NCBI GenBank assembly: GCA_043806015.1
Contig: JAZDHH010000007.1
Location: 115,698 to 179,697 of the forward strand
DNA: 64,000 nucleotides
Reading direction: 5' to 3'
From: Nanobdellota archaeon
Lineage (GTDB): Archaea; Nanobdellota; Nanobdellia; Woesearchaeales; JAHIVG01
Shown here: positions 9,305 to 18,502 of the stretch, piece by piece
Layout: each line of letters opens with the position of its first letter
Numbering within the stretch: the first letter of the stretch is position 1
Translations under genes and position numbers: made by a program
Notes under the pieces: generated by a model
The model's input: only the letters and a program-made list of their open reading frames with translations
What the model was told of the DNA's origin: nothing
Databases searched by the model: none

Positions 9305-10005
9305 ATGATTGTGTAGTACAGTCTTCGGTTGTCCTTTCCCTTGTTCTCGGCGCCGATGATCTGCACCTTGCCGATCTCGCCGGTGTTCTTCACATGCGTC
9401 CCACCGCAGGCCTGCTTGTCGAAGCCCTCGATGTCGATGATGCGGATCATCCTGATGTGCTCGGGCAGCAGCATGCGCAGCTTCACCAGGGCTGGGATCT
9501 GGAATGCTTCCTCCCGGGGAAGCTCGTAGATCTTCACGGGCATGGCCGCGGTGATGAGGCCGTTTACCTTTTCATCATAGGCTTTCAGCTGCTCGCGGTT
9601 AAAATTTTCGAGCGAGAAGTCGATCCTGCTCTTGTCCAGGCCGAGCTGGTTGCCGGTAATGTCCGCGCCAGTCTCCTTGTTGATGACGCCGGAAAACAGG
9701 TGCGCTGCCGTGTGCATGCGCATGAGCCGGAAGCGCCGCTCCCGGTCGATCTCCCCGCGGACTTCATCGCCGGCCTGCAGTCCTTCGCGGTCGACGAGGT
9801 GCAGCGTCCTGCCTGACTGCTTGACCGTGTCTAGGACCTTGAAGCTTTCCTGGCCGCGCTGCAGCATGCCGAAGTCGCCGGGCTGCCCGCCGGAGTTCGG
9901 GTAGAACGCCGATTGATCGAGCTCGACCTTGGTCCCTTCCACCGCCACGACCTTCGCGGGGAACTCCTTGAGGTAGCAGTTGTCGAGATAGAGGGCCTGG
10001 GTCAT
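9301..10005 (-). CDS. alaX: AlaX-type alanyl-tRNA editing protein (Ser-tRNA(Ala) deacylase)
   Basis: Contains the HTAAHL and CGGTHV zinc motifs of the tRNA_SAD/AlaX editing domain. It overlaps the downstream gene by 4 nt. Confidence 0.8.
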   Translation of the reverse strand: MTQALYLDNCYLKEFPAKVVAVEGTKVELDQSAFYPNSGGQPGDFGMLQRGQESFKVLDTVKQSGRTLHLVDREGLQAGDEVRGEIDRERRFRLMRMHTAAHLFSGVINKETGADITGNQLGLDKSRIDFSLENFNREQLKAYDEKVNGLITAAMPVKIYELPREEAFQIPALVKLRMLLPEHIRMIRIIDIEGFDKQACGGTHVKNTGEIGKVQIIGAENKGKDNRRLYYTII

Positions 10006-10050
10006 AGCGATTCTTGCTGGAGTGGATTTAATAAACTTAATGGAAAAAAT

Positions 10051-10476
10051 CTAACCCTTTTGCAGGACATATCTCGGGCCCCATAATCTATTCCAGGTGA
10101 AGTTATTATTATAATGAGGATCAATATCCACCTTTATCGCCCTTACCTGTGAACCTGGTTCCAAAAAGACCATAGGCAACTTTCCCTCCCACGCCGGTCG
10201 TTCATCCATTATTGACTGAGCATCCAAACGGTTATTCTCATACTTGTCTTCAGAGAGGAACGCTGCTGAGGCGATGACGACGGCAGAACCGCCGCGGTCC
10301 TCTCTCGATCCTCCGTGGCGCCGATTGCCTCTCTGGACCCAGCACAACCCAACAGACGCTATCTCCGCGAGCTCTTCCAGAGATATCTCTCCGCTGTCAT
10401 CAAGTTCACGGAATGGGACGCTCACGACCCCGTGGCGCTCATACCGTTCAAGCTGGCTCATAAGGAAGGCATACAT
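10051..10476 (-). CDS. Hypothetical protein
   Basis: 141-aa ORF with no motif recognised. Confidence 0.3.
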   Translation of the reverse strand: MYAFLMSQLERYERHGVVSVPFRELDDSGEISLEELAEIASVGLCWVQRGNRRHGGSREDRGGSAVVIASAAFLSEDKYENNRLDAQSIMDERPAWEGKLPMVFLEPGSQVRAIKVDIDPHYNNNFTWNRLWGPRYVLQKG

Positions 10477-10534
10477 ATAACTCCGGAAAAGTAGTTAATT
10501 TATTAACTTTTCGTTTTGATCGTCGGCAGGGCGT

Positions 10535-11416
10535 TTAAATGTTCCCTGCCGGCTTCCTCGAGACGAACGCGCCCTTCACGCTCTCTTCGGTGAAGCCCTG
10601 CGGGATCCTGCCGGTGTCCGCGTACTCATACAGCGCCGCGTTGAACACGTTGTTCATCACGCCGAACAGTATGAAGACGGCGAGGAAATAAAGGCCTGCC
10701 ACGAGGAGGGCGACGATGATGCCTGCTATCCCGAGAGGGAACAGGACGAAGAACAGCGCGATGGACAGCGCGATGCCGATGAGGATGAAGATGAACTGGG
10801 TTATGCCGAGGCCGATGGCGCGCACCAGGCTCTCGCCCCAGGTCTTCTTGAGGACTCCGACTGATTTCTTTATGGCCGCGAACGGCGTCAGGTTATTGTA
10901 GACCATGCCAGGCACCACGAAGATGGTGACCATGCCCCAGGCCGCGCCCAGGATCCATCGGGTGATGCCTAAGATCAGCCTGCCGATGCCGCCCGCGCGC
11001 TCGGCCATCTGGTCGAGGATGTGGAGGATGAGGCCGACGGTCGCTGAGACCAGTCCCCAATAGAAAATGAGGTGGAATTTGGAGAAAGCGAACTTTATGC
11101 TCTGGCCGAAGGTCGCGTTGCCGCCGCTGAAGCGCACCTTCGCTGTGAAGACGACGCAGACGTTGAAGAACGTCGCGATGATGGCGAGGCCGAGATAGGT
11201 GAGGAAGACCAACACATAGGTCAGCGCCGTGAACTCAGGTCTCAATCCCGCGACCAGGGCGGCGATGACGCTCGGGAAGAGCATCGCCAGTATGAAGGCG
11301 ATCGAGAATACCCCTGCGAGCATCGGGAAGAGCAGCAGCTCCTTGTCCTTGGTGATGACGTTCCAGCACAGCTTCGAGATGTCCCAGCTCCGTGAAAAGA
11401 CGTTTGCCATGGCCAT
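10535..11416 (-). CDS. Integral membrane protein (DUF-type, about 7 TM)
   Basis: Hydrophobic throughout. The start was placed at MAMANVF because a TATA-like tatttaaaca lies about 35 nt upstream. Confidence 0.5.
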   Translation of the reverse strand: MAMANVFSRSWDISKLCWNVITKDKELLLFPMLAGVFSIAFILAMLFPSVIAALVAGLRPEFTALTYVLVFLTYLGLAIIATFFNVCVVFTAKVRFSGGNATFGQSIKFAFSKFHLIFYWGLVSATVGLILHILDQMAERAGGIGRLILGITRWILGAAWGMVTIFVVPGMVYNNLTPFAAIKKSVGVLKKTWGESLVRAIGLGITQFIFILIGIALSIALFFVLFPLGIAGIIVALLVAGLYFLAVFILFGVMNNVFNAALYEYADTGRIPQGFTEESVKGAFVSRKPAGNI

Positions 11417-11478
11417 GTGCAATCGCCGCGAGCATAAAAAGGTTATGTTTAAATACACCTCCGGCCACTCGACGAGGT

Positions 11479-11787
11479 ATGCCAGTGATCGCTGTTTACA
11501 TCACCTGCAAGGACGAAAAAGAGGCGAAGGCGATAGCCTTGCACCTCCTCAACGAGAAGCTCATCGCGTGCGCCAACGCCAGCGAGCACAAGGCGTTCTA
11601 CACCTGGAAAGGCAGGCTCGTGCAGGAAAGGGAATGGCACATCCTGGCCAAGAGCAGGCGCGAGCTCTTCCCCCGCATCGCCTCGGCGGTGAAGAAGCTG
11701 CACAGCGCCGAGCTGCCCTGCATCGTCTGCTGGGACATCGACGGCGACAAGGAGTACCTCACCTGGATACAATCAGAGACGACGTGA
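11479..11787 (+). CDS. cutA: CutA1 divalent-cation tolerance protein
   Basis: The sequence MPVIAVYITCKDEKEAKAIALHLLNEKLIACAN... fits the CutA family and its typical length of about 100 aa. Confidence 0.7.
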   Translation: MPVIAVYITCKDEKEAKAIALHLLNEKLIACANASEHKAFYTWKGRLVQEREWHILAKSRRELFPRIASAVKKLHSAELPCIVCWDIDGDKEYLTWIQSETT

Positions 11788-11795
11788 GAATACCC

Positions 11796-12044
11796 ATGGG
11801 AATCCATCACCTGGTTACAGAAGGGGATCGCGAGTGGTGCTTCAAGTGCGGCCGAAAGCTCGAGCCGCCCTGGGAATCCGCTTTCGACGCGGACAAGCAC
11901 TACAAGATGAAGGAGTGCGAGTGCGGCTACCTGCATTCCGTGCGCATCGACTTCCACGGCTCAGGGCATGACACCTGGGACGGCACGCCCGCGATGGCGA
12001 GCACAGTCAGGAAGCTGGAGCGCCAGCATCACCGGAAGATATAG
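11796..12044 (+). CDS. Small zinc-ribbon-like protein
   Basis: Cys pairs CFKCG...CECG in an 82-aa protein that follows cutA. Confidence 0.35.
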   Translation: MGIHHLVTEGDREWCFKCGRKLEPPWESAFDADKHYKMKECECGYLHSVRIDFHGSGHDTWDGTPAMASTVRKLERQHHRKI

Positions 12045-12079
12045 CTCCAGAATAATATTCATTTAATAGTAGTAACATA

Positions 12080-12847
12080 ATGGAAAGTTTTATAAAGAGT
12101 GTTTGCTTATGCGCGGGTATGACCGATATTCGATTAGAATACAGAATTGCCAAGACACATTTGGGAAAGGGATTGATCGAATCGCCGAACGTGGTCGTGC
12201 ATGTTCACGATCCTTACTGGAGCTATGCGAGACATTTGCCGGCGGAGTGGGATTTCTTAAAGAGCGAACGAAGGACGTCTGTCGCACCACGGCTATTGGA
12301 TAACCTGGAACGGATGGGGAAGACCCAAGAGATGGACGTGGGCCCGTTAAGGGACGACCAAAGAGTGTCTGGCATCGTTTACGGCAATAATCCCTTGCAA
12401 AACATGTTTGAGTTGATTCGGCGTTATGCTCAAAGATTTCCAGATCACGAATTTTACGGTAAATGGGGCGGCGGCCATCATGAACTGGAAGGCAAGGGAT
12501 TTGCCCTGTATGTTGAAGATGAGCAAGATGCACGACGGGTGTTGCAGAGATTGTCAGTTCTTGCACATGAAATGAAAATCCCGATAGCCGCCAGTCATCA
12601 GTATGGAATTCTTGGTTATCAAGATTTTGTGACCATTGATGAAAGATTAAGAAGTGACGTGAGGGATGTTGAAGGATTCAAGGAACTTCTCGAAAGCCTG
12701 AGCGATTATCCCCATTTTTTTCATGAATTATTTTTTACTGACGAGTTCATTGATACATCATGTTCTCGTAAAATATCACTACCGTCTCGATTGAAAATGA
12801 GGGTCAAGAAAATCCTTACCGGCCGAACCTTCGCTCCCTCGCCTTGA
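12080..12847 (+). CDS. Hypothetical protein in a low-GC islet
   Basis: 255-aa intact ORF at about 45% GC. Its 3' end overlaps uppS convergently by about 30 nt. Confidence 0.4.
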   Translation: MESFIKSVCLCAGMTDIRLEYRIAKTHLGKGLIESPNVVVHVHDPYWSYARHLPAEWDFLKSERRTSVAPRLLDNLERMGKTQEMDVGPLRDDQRVSGIVYGNNPLQNMFELIRRYAQRFPDHEFYGKWGGGHHELEGKGFALYVEDEQDARRVLQRLSVLAHEMKIPIAASHQYGILGYQDFVTIDERLRSDVRDVEGFKELLESLSDYPHFFHELFFTDEFIDTSCSRKISLPSRLKMRVKKILTGRTFAPSP

Positions 12848-13496
12848 AGTCCTCGATCGCCTTCGCGACGTCCTCTTTGGAGATCTCGGGCCACATCTTG
12901 TCCATGAAGGCCCATTCGCTGTAGGCGCCCTGCCAGGGCAGGAAGTTGGACGTCCTCATCGCACCGCCGGTCCTGATGATGAGGTCAGGCTCGTCCACCA
13001 TGTAGAGGTTCTCTGCGACAACCTTCTCGTCGATGTCCTCGGCGTCGAGCTTTCCGTCCTTGACCTGCCGCGCCACCTTGCGGACCATGTCTAGGATCTC
13101 TGTCCGGCCGCCGTAGCCGAGGGCGAAGTTGACCGTTCCTTTCTTTACGTTCCCCCGTGTCTTCTCCACGAGCTCAGCGATCCTCTTCTGCAAATCCGCG
13201 GGAAGCAGAGATATCCTGCCGATCACCCGGATGCGCAGGTCCTTCAGCCGTTCATCTTTCGAGAAGTCAGCGAACTTCTTGCGGAACAGGTTCATGAGGT
13301 GGCCGACCTCGTCCGGAGACCGCTTGAAATTCTCGGTCGAGAAGGCGTAGACAGTGAGCTCCTTGATGCCGAGGTCTGGACACCAGGAGATGATCTCCTC
13401 CACTTTCCTGACGCCCGCCTCGTGGCCGGCCATGACGGAAAGGCCATGCTGCTTCGCCCAGCGCCGGTTGCCGTCCATGATGATGCCGAGATGCAT
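12816..13496 (-). CDS. uppS: cis-prenyltransferase (undecaprenyl-diphosphate synthase family)
   Basis: Contains the IIMDGNRRWA and RTSNFLPWQ motifs. Confidence 0.9.
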   Translation of the reverse strand: MHLGIIMDGNRRWAKQHGLSVMAGHEAGVRKVEEIISWCPDLGIKELTVYAFSTENFKRSPDEVGHLMNLFRKKFADFSKDERLKDLRIRVIGRISLLPADLQKRIAELVEKTRGNVKKGTVNFALGYGGRTEILDMVRKVARQVKDGKLDAEDIDEKVVAENLYMVDEPDLIIRTGGAMRTSNFLPWQGAYSEWAFMDKMWPEISKEDVAKAIEDFKARERRFGR

Positions 13497-13532
13497 GGCT
13501 CAGGACAACGTGGCCTCCTATAAAAAGATTGC

Positions 13533-13823
13533 CTAAAGCTCCTTCTCCAGCCTGACGATGAGGCGCCGCAGCGTGCCAAGGTGGACTTTCGCCTCCGTGC
13601 GCATGGCCTTCAGCTGCTTGTGCGCTTCGACCTCGGCCTTGCGCTGGATCTCCTTCTGCTGCTTGGCGCTCAGGTGCGTGACGTCGTGCAGCAGCTTCTC
13701 GCCGTGCTGCTTGGTGATCTCTCCTTCCTGGATCATCGCGTTCACGCGCTTCCTGGCGTCGTTTGCTGCGAGCGATGCAAGGCCAAAGCCGACCAGGAGG
13801 CCTTTGCGGAAATGCTTTTCCAT
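13533..13823 (-). CDS. Small hypothetical protein with a hydrophobic N-terminal segment
   Basis: 96-aa ORF that is coupled to the kinase gene upstream of it. Confidence 0.35.
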   Translation of the reverse strand: MEKHFRKGLLVGFGLASLAANDARKRVNAMIQEGEITKQHGEKLLHDVTHLSAKQQKEIQRKAEVEAHKQLKAMRTEAKVHLGTLRRLIVRLEKEL

Positions 13824-13827
13824 TGTT

Positions 13828-15465
13828 TCACCTCGGTTCGCTTAATACAGATATCGTGAGCATGAGGAGGAACAGGGCCGCGAGCAGGAAGCAGAGCGCG
13901 CTGTAGAGTGGCAGCCTGAAGAGCAGCGGCTGCTCCAGGGCGAGGATGAGGGCGCCCGCGATGATTAAGCCGGCGCAGAGGAGCGAAAGGCAGACGCGCT
14001 CGCTCGTCTTCTCCAGCTCTACCGTCAGCCCCTTCAGGTCCTGGTTGATCTCATTGAAGTAGCGGTCTCCCTCGCGCGCCCGGATCATGAGCTCGTCGAA
14101 CTGCCGTGGCAGCTTGAACAGCGCGTTCTTGAGGAAGCCTGCCTGGTGGATTGTGGTGCGGAGCACGTGCAAGGGGCTGGCGCGTCGGAGGAGCAGCCGC
14201 TCCACGTACGGCTTGGAGAAGGCGACGAGGTTGAAGTCTGGATCGACGGACTTTGCGAAGCCCTCCACCGTCACCACGGCCTTCCCGAGCAGGATGAAAT
14301 CAGTGGGCAGGACGATATGCTGCTCGTTGCAGAAGCGCAGCAGGGAATGGAACACGCTCTCGATCTCGATGTTCTCCAGCTTGAGACGGTAGTATTCGCC
14401 GAACGATTCCCGGAGGCCGTGCTTGAGCTTCATGGGGTCCATGGTCGAATCCACGACCCCGAGCTGGTACAGCGCGTCCGAGATGCCGTCCACATCGCCC
14501 CGGATGAGGGAGATGAAGAGGAAGGTGATGCTGTCCCGCGTCTCCTCTTCCAGCGTCCCCATGATGCCGAAGTCGACGAAGGCGATGCGGTTCTTGGGCA
14601 GGACGATGATGTTACCCGGGTGCGGGTCCGCGTGGAAGAAGCCATGCTCGAAGACCTGCTTGTACAGGACGCGCACAACCCTCTCGACGAGTATCTTCGG
14701 CGCCGTGCTGCCTTTGATGCTCGAGGCTTTCTTTCCAGGCAGGTAATCCATGGTGAGTACCCGCTGCGTGGTCAGCTCCCAGCAGACCTTTGGGACGACG
14801 ACTTCAGGGTCCTCGCGGAAGTCGAAGGCGAAGCGGTCGATGTTCTTCCCCTCGAGCACGTAGTCGGTCTCGTGCTGGGTGTAGCGCTCGAACTCCTTGA
14901 CGATCTCGACCGGGTTGAACAGCTTGGGCTTGTAATGACGCTGGATGAAGCGGGCGAGGGCGTACAGGATGTCGACGTCGGCGTCGATCTTCGCTTTGAT
15001 GCCTGGCCGCTGGACCTTGACGGCCACCATCTTCCCGGTCTTGAGCCGGCCGAGGTGCACCTGGCCGATGGACGCGGAGGCGAGCGGCTGCTTCGAGAAC
15101 GAGGCGAACGCGGACGTCAGCGGCTTGCCGAGCTCCTGCTCCACGACTTTCTTGACCTCATCGTAGGCGACCGGTGGCACCTGGTCCTGCAGCTTGATGA
15201 ACGCGTCGCAGTACTCGCGGGGTAGAAGGTCCGGCCTTATGCTTAGCAGCTGGCCGAGCTTGATGAAGGTTCCGCCGAGCTCCTCGAACATGGTCAGCAG
15301 CATATCGGGAGAAACAACACGGATCTTCGGTTTCCGGTGCCAGAAGGGCATATGCAAGGCTCTGATGAGCGGCCCGAGCTCGTTGCGCAGGAGCACGTTG
15401 AGGATGTCCCGCAGCCGGTTGATGTCGCGTACCTCTTTTTCTATCAGCATACGGCATTTTTTCAT
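13828..15465 (-). CDS. ABC1/UbiB-family atypical protein kinase
   Basis: Contains the ASIGQVH and FHADPHPGNI motifs. It ends in a C-terminal TM segment. Confidence 0.85.
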   Translation of the reverse strand: MKKCRMLIEKEVRDINRLRDILNVLLRNELGPLIRALHMPFWHRKPKIRVVSPDMLLTMFEELGGTFIKLGQLLSIRPDLLPREYCDAFIKLQDQVPPVAYDEVKKVVEQELGKPLTSAFASFSKQPLASASIGQVHLGRLKTGKMVAVKVQRPGIKAKIDADVDILYALARFIQRHYKPKLFNPVEIVKEFERYTQHETDYVLEGKNIDRFAFDFREDPEVVVPKVCWELTTQRVLTMDYLPGKKASSIKGSTAPKILVERVVRVLYKQVFEHGFFHADPHPGNIIVLPKNRIAFVDFGIMGTLEEETRDSITFLFISLIRGDVDGISDALYQLGVVDSTMDPMKLKHGLRESFGEYYRLKLENIEIESVFHSLLRFCNEQHIVLPTDFILLGKAVVTVEGFAKSVDPDFNLVAFSKPYVERLLLRRASPLHVLRTTIHQAGFLKNALFKLPRQFDELMIRAREGDRYFNEINQDLKGLTVELEKTSERVCLSLLCAGLIIAGALILALEQPLLFRLPLYSALCFLLAALFLLMLTISVLSEPR

Positions 15466-15523
15466 TTGAGAATATTTAAAGGTATTGGAACTGGATTTGA
15501 TGTTTTTGAGGGATGACGAAATG

Positions 15524-15671
15524 GCGCCCGCCTTCTCGGCGGTGGACGGTCAACGCTTTGCGTTGCCCTTCTCGCCACCCCGACGGGGGCGCAGTCACTC
15601 CATTACATTTCGTTCGGCGGTTGTAGCCGAGCTACAACCATCCCCCGGCTCGCCACGCCGAGGCGGGCGCC
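15524..15671. ncRNA. Candidate structured RNA or MITE-like element with a terminal helix of about 18 bp
   Basis: 5' GGCGCCCGCC-T-TCTCGGCG pairs with CGCCGAG-GCGGGCGCC at the 3' end. Internal perfect hairpins are GGTTGTAG-ccgag-CTACAACC and CAACGC-ttt-GCGTTG. It lies in a divergent 320-bp intergenic region. Confidence 0.3.
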
Positions 15672-15786
15672 TTTAGGATAGGGTCAAGATTCTGAAAAGG
15701 GTGGGGGTGGGGCCGGATGGCGGGATCATTATTTCTTTTCGCCGAACCATTTTTCCGAAATCCATTTAAGCAAGCGGGCCGCAGGA

Positions 15787-16296
15787 ATGGTTATGCCCAC
15801 CGCAGTGACGCATGTGCTGCTGACCATCATCGCCGTCGATATCCTGCGCGACTATGTCTTCAAGCACAAGCACCTCCTCAACATGAAGGTGCTCCTCTTC
15901 GCCGGGGTGATGGGGCTGGCGCCGGACATCGACATCCCGCTCTACTGGCTGCTGAAGAACATCCTTGGCCTGGACATCGGGTGGTTCCACCGCACCTTCA
16001 CGCATTCAGTCTTCATCCCACTCATCTTCCTCGCGCTCGCGCTCATATACAGTAAGCGGCATAAGGTGATGGTGCTCTTCGCGGTCGCGTCGTTCGCCTG
16101 GACATTCCACATAGGCCTTGACATGGTGTTCGCCGGCTATGCCATGCCCTTCTGGCCCCTGTCGACGACGGCAGTAGGCCTCGACATCCTCGGGAGGCTC
16201 GGCTGGCCTGACCTGATGGAAGGCCTTGACGCGCTGCTGCTCCTCGGCTGGCTCCTGCACGAGGAGATCAGGCACAAGATCTCGGATTTCATTTAG
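15787..16296 (+). CDS. Membrane-bound metal-dependent hydrolase (DUF457/YdjM-like)
   Basis: Contains an HRTFTHS motif and several TM helices. Confidence 0.55.
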   Translation: MVMPTAVTHVLLTIIAVDILRDYVFKHKHLLNMKVLLFAGVMGLAPDIDIPLYWLLKNILGLDIGWFHRTFTHSVFIPLIFLALALIYSKRHKVMVLFAVASFAWTFHIGLDMVFAGYAMPFWPLSTTAVGLDILGRLGWPDLMEGLDALLLLGWLLHEEIRHKISDFI

Positions 16297-16300
16297 CAGA

Positions 16301-16696
16301 ATGGCGCGCATCCCTATCGTGGACACGGTCATTGAGAAGCGAGGCAGGATTCTTTTTGTGCGGCGCGAGTTCGAGCCAGTAGGAAAACTCGATCTGCCTG
16401 GCGGTTTTGTGAACAAGGGTGAATCGCTCGAGGATGCTTCGCGGCGCGAGGTTCTCGAGGAGACCGGCCTAAAAGTCAGGCTTCGGGGAAGCCTCGGCGC
16501 CTTTGACTATGATGACCGGGGCAGCAAGACCGCGCACGTCTTCGTCGGCGAAATCACAGGGGGAAAACTGGCTGCCTCTCCGGAAGGCGAGCCTGAATGG
16601 ATCGATCCCCAACACATCGACCCAAGAGACCTCGCCTTCCCGCAAAAGGATGTCAGAATTCTTCAGGCATATGGTGAATGGAAGAAGAAACGCTAG
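16301..16696 (+). CDS. NUDIX hydrolase
   Basis: The Nudix box GGFVNKGESLEDASRREVLEETGL is present. The ATG is at 16301, just after the upstream stop. Confidence 0.85.
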   Translation: MARIPIVDTVIEKRGRILFVRREFEPVGKLDLPGGFVNKGESLEDASRREVLEETGLKVRLRGSLGAFDYDDRGSKTAHVFVGEITGGKLAASPEGEPEWIDPQHIDPRDLAFPQKDVRILQAYGEWKKKR

Positions 16697-17367
16697 TTGA
16701 CGACGGTTCCCTCGACCGCCTTTCCTTGGAGCGCCGCCTCGAGCCGCTCCAGCCTGTTCCCGTTGATGATGGCAAGGTGCAGCCCTGCCTTCTTCGCCTC
16801 CTTCACCGCGATCGGGTCGAAAGGCATGTTCAATCTCGGGGTCCACTCCGTGCCGACGAGCTGCTGAAGCCCGTCCCAGGACAGCTTCTTCAACGGCTTC
16901 GCCTCCTTGAACTGCCGCGGATTCTTGTCATAGACATAGTCCACATTAGTGAGATTGATGATGCCGGCGCCGAAATGCTTGGCGAGCATCACAGCGTCCC
17001 AGTCTGTGGAGAAGCCAGGCTTATATCCTGACGCAACAAGGATGGGCTTGTCTGTTGCAGGGACTTGCAGCGGATTAGTGATGATGTCTTCATAGGCGAG
17101 TTCGCCGAACATGGTCTTGACCAGCGTCGCGTTCACCCTCGTGACCGCTATGCCGAGCCAGTCGAGGTTCGTGTCGCTGGGCTCGCAGAGCCCTTTCGCG
17201 GCCGCGTTGTAGAGCCTGTTGAGGCCGCCGCCGCCGGTGACGATGACCACGCGGTTGCCCTTGCGGACATGGTCGAGGACGACCTTCTTGAACCTCTTCA
17301 GGTAGTCGATGCGCAAGGCAGAGTCGAAGATCATGCTGCCGGAGAGCGAGATGACAGAAATCATGAT
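16693..17367 (-). CDS. pyrH: Uridylate (UMP) kinase, archaeal type
   Basis: The sequence ...ISLSGS...VVIVTGGGG...GYKPGFSTD... fits the amino-acid-kinase fold. Confidence 0.85.
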   Translation of the reverse strand: MMISVISLSGSMIFDSALRIDYLKRFKKVVLDHVRKGNRVVIVTGGGGLNRLYNAAAKGLCEPSDTNLDWLGIAVTRVNATLVKTMFGELAYEDIITNPLQVPATDKPILVASGYKPGFSTDWDAVMLAKHFGAGIINLTNVDYVYDKNPRQFKEAKPLKKLSWDGLQQLVGTEWTPRLNMPFDPIAVKEAKKAGLHLAIINGNRLERLEAALQGKAVEGTVVN

Positions 17368-17711
17368 CCTAGCCCTATCGCAGCTACCCCGAGGAGGATG
17401 AGGCCGATGCCAGCCCACTTCCAGGGGTTCATCTTCTCGTTGAGGAACCGGATGGACAGCAGGCTCACCCAGACATAGGTCGTTGCCACGAAGGGATACA
17501 AAACCGAAAGCTCCCCGTAGCGGAGCGCCGGGACGAAGATGACTGTAGAGATCCCGTAGAGCAGCACCGCGAAGATGAGCGCCTTGTTCTTCAGTATCTT
17601 CCTGATGTTGAACGTGAAATCATGGGAAGCCTTCTTCATCAGGATGGAGGCGAACGCGCCGAGCACGCAGGCGATGAGCACGGCGATGATGGAGCCGGGG
17701 GAAGTAGTCAT
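17361..17711 (-). CDS. 4-TM SMR/EamA-like small transporter subunit (ArnE/ArnF-like), paralog 2
   Basis: 116-aa protein with four hydrophobic helices. It overlaps both the upstream paralog and pyrH. Confidence 0.55.
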   Translation of the reverse strand: MTTSPGSIIAVLIACVLGAFASILMKKASHDFTFNIRKILKNKALIFAVLLYGISTVIFVPALRYGELSVLYPFVATTYVWVSLLSIRFLNEKMNPWKWAGIGLILLGVAAIGLGS

Positions 17712-18064
17712 TTGGTGCTCCCCCAGCCGATGCAGCTGACGCCGAGCATGATACAGACGATGCCGGCCCACTTCCAGGCGTGGATGGCCTCGTGGAACAG
17801 CGCGGAAGACACGAGCGTCACCCAGATGTAGCTCGTGGCGACAAAGGGATACAGCACGGACAGCTCGCCGCCCTTGAGGGCGAACAGAAGCACGACCGCG
17901 CTCGTGAGGTAGACGGCCGCGCCGATGATGAGCCAATGATTGGTGATGATGGCGAGGAAATTGAATTCAAGCTGGTCAGCGCCGAGTTTGTAGAACACTT
18001 GGCCGGCGGTTGTCAAGGCTGTCGCGAGAAGGACGAGACCTATTGCCCAGGGCTTGGTCGGCAT
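17708..18064 (-). CDS. 4-TM SMR/EamA-like small transporter subunit, paralog 1
   Basis: Paralogous to the protein at 17361-17711; the shared segments are GELSVLYPFVAT and WKWAGI. Confidence 0.55.
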   Translation of the reverse strand: MPTKPWAIGLVLLATALTTAGQVFYKLGADQLEFNFLAIITNHWLIIGAAVYLTSAVVLLFALKGGELSVLYPFVATSYIWVTLVSSALFHEAIHAWKWAGIVCIMLGVSCIGWGSTK

Positions 18065-18184
18065 AAGAAAAACATTCCGAACTGCGTATAAAAAGGTTTC
18101 TACTCTCTGGCAAAGGACACGTCCAATGCTCAGATTGGCCAGGGGATATCTTTCCTGAGCAAGGTTAAGCAGGAAGGTATTTTA

Positions 18185-18433
18185 TTACCCGTCCATCAGT
18201 AAGCTTCCCCAGCGATGATAAGGAACCCTAAGCTCATCGAACCGGGCGCATACTTTCTGAAAATCGTTGGGATCAGGGCTTTCGTCTAGTGGCTTAGAAA
18301 ACATGGCATCCAGTTTAGAAGGTGTCATTGCATGAATCCCTTCCGCGTTGCGTATCAAGATTTCAGTCAGCTTCGACGGGTCATGGTAGGGAGGCTCAGC
18401 TTCTCCAGGTGGATGTCCAGGGATCATGGGCAA
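18185..18433 (-). CDS. Small hypothetical protein
   Basis: 82-aa ORF in a lower-GC stretch. Confidence 0.25.
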   Translation of the reverse strand: MPMIPGHPPGEAEPPYHDPSKLTEILIRNAEGIHAMTPSKLDAMFSKPLDESPDPNDFQKVCARFDELRVPYHRWGSLLMDG

Positions 18434-18502
18434 GGAAGATGATCCTCAGTTTAATAATGTATTGTTTGTTGCCGATGAAGCATGCCAATGTTCCTTCGCT
18501 GG

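Noticed and set aside
15524-15671. Possibility that the structured element is a tRNA (with an intron) or a 5S rRNA.
   Set aside because: There is no T-loop GTTCRANYC, no 7-bp acceptor plus discriminator plus CCA geometry, and an 18-bp terminal helix is incompatible with a tRNA. The 5S loop motifs (CCGAAC / GGAAGTTAAGC) are absent.
15485-15676. 63-aa ORF covering the GC-rich intergenic element.
   Set aside because: It coincides exactly with the nested-helix element. Its translation is Pro/Arg/Gly-rich and it has no start context. A structural element is the more economical explanation.
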